Origin: Akkermansia muciniphila ATCC BAA-835
GTDB taxonomy: Bacteria; Verrucomicrobiota; Verrucomicrobiia; Verrucomicrobiales; Akkermansiaceae
Assembly (NCBI RefSeq): GCF_000020225.1
Contig: NC_010655.1
Coordinates: 1-32,000, forward strand
DNA length: 32,000 nucleotides
Direction of reading: 5' to 3'
Shown here: positions 29,374-32,000 of the stretch, in pieces
Position numbering within the stretch: the first letter of the stretch is position 1
Layout of the letters: the number at the start of each line of letters is the position of its first letter
The notes under the pieces: generated by a model
What the model saw: only the letters and a program-made list of their open reading frames with translations
Database searches by the model: none
What the model was told of the DNA's origin: nothing
Translations under genes and position numbers: made by a program

Positions 29374-30150
29374 ATGAAACAATATATCATAGACGCCTTT
29401 ACTGACAAAGTTTTTCATGGAAATCCCACGGCGATTTGCATTTTAGAACAATGGCCGTCCGGGGAATTGATGTTAAATATGGCCGTTGAAAACAATCTTT
29501 CAGAAACGGCCTTTGCTGTCAAAAAGGGGGGGAGCTATCATCTGCGGTGGTTTACCCCCGGTGGAGAGATTGACTTATGCGGTCATGCGACATTAGCCTG
29601 TGCCTATGTTATTTTGAACTTCTATGAAAAAGAAGCGGCAAAAGTTGTTTTTCAAACTTTAAGCGGTGATTTGGTGGTAGAACGGCATGGTGATCTTTAT
29701 GAAATGGATTTCCCCGCCTATGAATTAAAACCAGTTCCCGTAACGGAGCAAATGATCGACGCTATCGGCGCTACCCCCAGAGAAGCGTATATGGGGCGTG
29801 ACCTTTTATGCGTGTTTGACGATATAAAAATAATCGAACATCTCAATCCGGATCTATCAAAAGTTCATGCCCTGAACGGTCTTTTGCTCCATGTAACCGC
29901 AAAAGGTACGGAAACTGACTGCGTTTCCCGTACCTTTGCCCCCAAATGCGGAGTGCCGGAGGATGCCGTTTGTGGTTCCGGTCATTGTCACATTATACCT
30001 TACTGGGCGAACAGATTGGGAAAAGACGACATCATAGCTTATCAGGCTTCCAAACGCGGTGGGACACTTTATTGCCGCATGGATGGAGCACGGGTAAAAT
30101 TAGCAGGAAAAGCAGCCTTATATTCCATTGCCGAAACACAATCAAGATGA
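29374..30150 (+). CDS. PhzF-family isomerase-like protein
   Basis: The start was moved from the TTG at 29344 to the ATG at 29374 (MKQYIIDAFTDKVFHGNP...). Family blocks present: DAFT..F.GNP, SETAF and RWFTPGGEIDLCGHATLA. G+C is lower than in neighbouring genes. Confidence 0.9.
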   Translation: MKQYIIDAFTDKVFHGNPTAICILEQWPSGELMLNMAVENNLSETAFAVKKGGSYHLRWFTPGGEIDLCGHATLACAYVILNFYEKEAAKVVFQTLSGDLVVERHGDLYEMDFPAYELKPVPVTEQMIDAIGATPREAYMGRDLLCVFDDIKIIEHLNPDLSKVHALNGLLLHVTAKGTETDCVSRTFAPKCGVPEDAVCGSGHCHIIPYWANRLGKDDIIAYQASKRGGTLYCRMDGARVKLAGKAALYSIAETQSR

Positions 30151-30656
30151 AGCGTCAATAGGTTAAGAACATATGCCGGGCGACGGAAAAAACGTCGCGC
30201 GACAGAAATTATACATGCCCAATGACACAAACGGCGGTTTTGAATAATCAAGGACGCCGTTCTTCTATTCCCTAAAAAATAATGCAACTATGCTTTCAAA
30301 CATGGCGGTCAACGGGAATAACTGCCATGAAGCACAAAGCATGCCGACAAATTCCGACGAGGTCTATATCAAAAAATACATCCGCCGCAGAATATCATAT
30401 CTCCAAACGTGAATCATACCATGTAGCAAAAGTGAATATTTTTTCAAACTTCCATCCGGTATGCTTGTGTCTTTACAGGTGTGTTTTTTATTTTTCTTTA
30501 TGGGAAATACAACAAAAAAAATCATGAAACAACCAAATCCCCCGGCCGGAAGCAGGAATCCAGCCGACCCGCCTGTGCCGCATTTGGAATCAGGAAAAAG
30601 CGCAAGGAACAAAAAAATTGCTTTTTCCCGGGGATATCCTAGAGTGCCTCTCCGCA

Positions 30657-31256
30657 ATGAGCATGCCGCTTGCCGACTTGATCTTCCTGGCTTTTGCCCT
30701 CTCCGTGGACGCTTTCGTCGTGGCGTTCTCCTACGGCCTGCTCATTAAGCAAAAGCGTTTGAGCAACGGAATCAAGCTCTCCCTGTCCACCGGGGCCGGT
30801 CAATTCCTGATGCCCGTCCTGGGTTTTCTGCTTACAGGCTCCGTGCACCGGTATATTGCGGCCTGGGACCACTGGCTGGGCTTCGCCGTGTTCACCTTCC
30901 TCGGGGTCAACGTCCTCCGCGAAGGCTGGAATCACCGCAACGAAGAAGAGGATATGCCCCACGTCACCAGCCTGACGTTTCCTACCCTTATGGCCGTGGG
31001 AATCGCCACCAGCATCGACGCGCTGGTAGCGGGCATCAGCATTTACCTTTCATCCGCCCAGTGTGGAACCGACCCTACCCTCCACGCGGTGCTTCTCCCC
31101 GCCGCCGCCATCGGCTTCACCACCTTCCTGTGCACGGCGGCCGGCTTTTTCCTGACCAGACGGCTGCACCGCTTTCCGACCTTTCATCTGGAAGCGGGAG
31201 CCGGGCTCATCCTCATCGGCCTGGGCGTCAAAATGCTCTGTGACCATTTGTGCTGA
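30657..31256 (+). CDS. mntP: Manganese efflux pump MntP (DUF204 family)
   Basis: The start was moved from the TTG at 30618 to the ATG at 30657. It has the two DUF204 repeats with an SxDA motif (LSVDAFVVAFSYG and TSIDALVAGISIY). About 6 transmembrane segments, 199 aa. Confidence 0.88.
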   Translation: MSMPLADLIFLAFALSVDAFVVAFSYGLLIKQKRLSNGIKLSLSTGAGQFLMPVLGFLLTGSVHRYIAAWDHWLGFAVFTFLGVNVLREGWNHRNEEEDMPHVTSLTFPTLMAVGIATSIDALVAGISIYLSSAQCGTDPTLHAVLLPAAAIGFTTFLCTAAGFFLTRRLHRFPTFHLEAGAGLILIGLGVKMLCDHLC

Positions 31257-31364
31257 AATATGCCGCGAAGGATGATAAAAACGTCCTTCTGGCATCGTAA
31301 TAAGTCGAAAAACGCACTGGTTCCCTCCCACCTCTTTCTGCTATTATCAAGTAATCCCTTCCAC

Positions 31365-32000
31365 ATGAATATTTCACATCTTCTTCTCTGCACTTCCCTG
31401 CTCGCGGCTCCCGTCTGCGCGGCACAGGGCCTGACGGAAACTGAAACGGAAACGCCGGCCTCCTCCAGCCGCCTGCCGGCGCCCCTGGCACAAAAAATTG
31501 CCTCCGGAGACTTTGATGGCCTGCAGACGGAACTGCGCTCCACCCTCCTGAAGGCTGGAGAACAAACGAAATCCGAACAGAAACTGCTCCAGAACAAGCA
31601 GTACCGCCATTTGCTGGACATTCACGAACTCCTGCGCGTCACGGGACCGGACAAGGTGAAAGCCGTTTTCTCCAAAAGCGCGCAAGATGCCGCTTTCATC
31701 AAAACCTTTCTACAGGACCCGGTGTGGATGGAGCTTTACCTTGGAGCAGGCCTGATTCCGGAAAATTCACCGGAAGGCCTTCAAATCCTCTCCGACATCT
31801 GGAAAGCGGACGGCAAGAGCCCGGATTTCCGGAATTACCAATCCCTGGCCACCGGGCTGGCCTCTGTCTTTTCCACCGGCCCCATGGCGGGAAGGCTCAA
31901 AACCAACTCCGCCAACAGCAATCCGGTGCGCCGCTACCGGATTTTCAAAAAACTGCATCAGGAAAACAGGCTGCATCCGGGATTCATCAAACTGCGCCCA
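31365..32000 (+). CDS. Hypothetical secreted protein, 5' partial (runs off the window end)
   Basis: The frame is open from the ATG at 31365 to the window end (212 codons; absent from the ORF track because there is no stop). Signal peptide MNISHLLLCTSLLAAPVCAAQG. I recognise no domain. Confidence 0.6.
   Translation, partial: MNISHLLLCTSLLAAPVCAAQGLTETETETPASSSRLPAPLAQKIASGDFDGLQTELRSTLLKAGEQTKSEQKLLQNKQYRHLLDIHELLRVTGPDKVKAVFSKSAQDAAFIKTFLQDPVWMELYLGAGLIPENSPEGLQILSDIWKADGKSPDFRNYQSLATGLASVFSTGPMAGRLKTNSANSNPVRRYRIFKKLHQENRLHPGFIKLRP

Noticed and set aside
31437-31455. Short tandem GAAAC(T/G) repeat.
   Set aside because: It is simply the coding sequence for a (Thr-Glu)3 linker after the signal peptide of the partial ORF. 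It is too short to be a meaningful repeat element.

Overview
The window reads as an origin-proximal, mostly housekeeping stretch of chromosome. From memory, the gene order and proteins look Verrucomicrobia / Akkermansia muciniphila-like: dnaA, then an ABC/GldG-like cluster, NIF3, rluD, pheA, a GH29 fucosidase, ligA, pgsA, a DEAD-box helicase, a GH109 enzyme, rpoN, phzF and mntP. This taxonomic call is my recollection and needs a BLAST check. I support 25 protein-coding genes (one runs off the 3' end), one tRNA(CAU), several intrinsic terminators or hairpins and a few sigma70-like promoters. I see no CRISPR array, IS element or transposase, integrase, phage genes, toxin-antitoxin pair or recognisable defence module, so I cannot honestly point to a clear novel multi-gene system. 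The features most worth a second look are modest. (1) A strongly AT-rich islet at about 17.1-19.1 kb carries an orphan secreted protein with an SHD1-like domain, next to a 540-bp repeat-bearing spacer. (2) A strong orphan intrinsic terminator sits about 280 nt after the nearest same-strand CDS, suggesting an unannotated transcript. It is followed by a dense ATTCC/GGAAT palindromic element upstream of the GH109 gene. (3) A tightly coupled pair joins an orphan EboE-like TIM-barrel gene with an M28-like lipoprotein whose metal-ligand motifs look degenerate. (4) About 470 bp at the window start is unassigned and carries phased TGTGCA repeats and a near-consensus DnaA box. A separate AT-rich candidate oriC lies upstream of dnaA. 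(5) A second low-GC islet holds phzF, and mntP has no recognisable Mn riboswitch. Several ORF-track starts were moved to downstream ATGs that remove overlaps and expose signal peptides or conserved N-termini. The many long mirror ORFs, up to 1056 aa, are treated as antisense artefacts.
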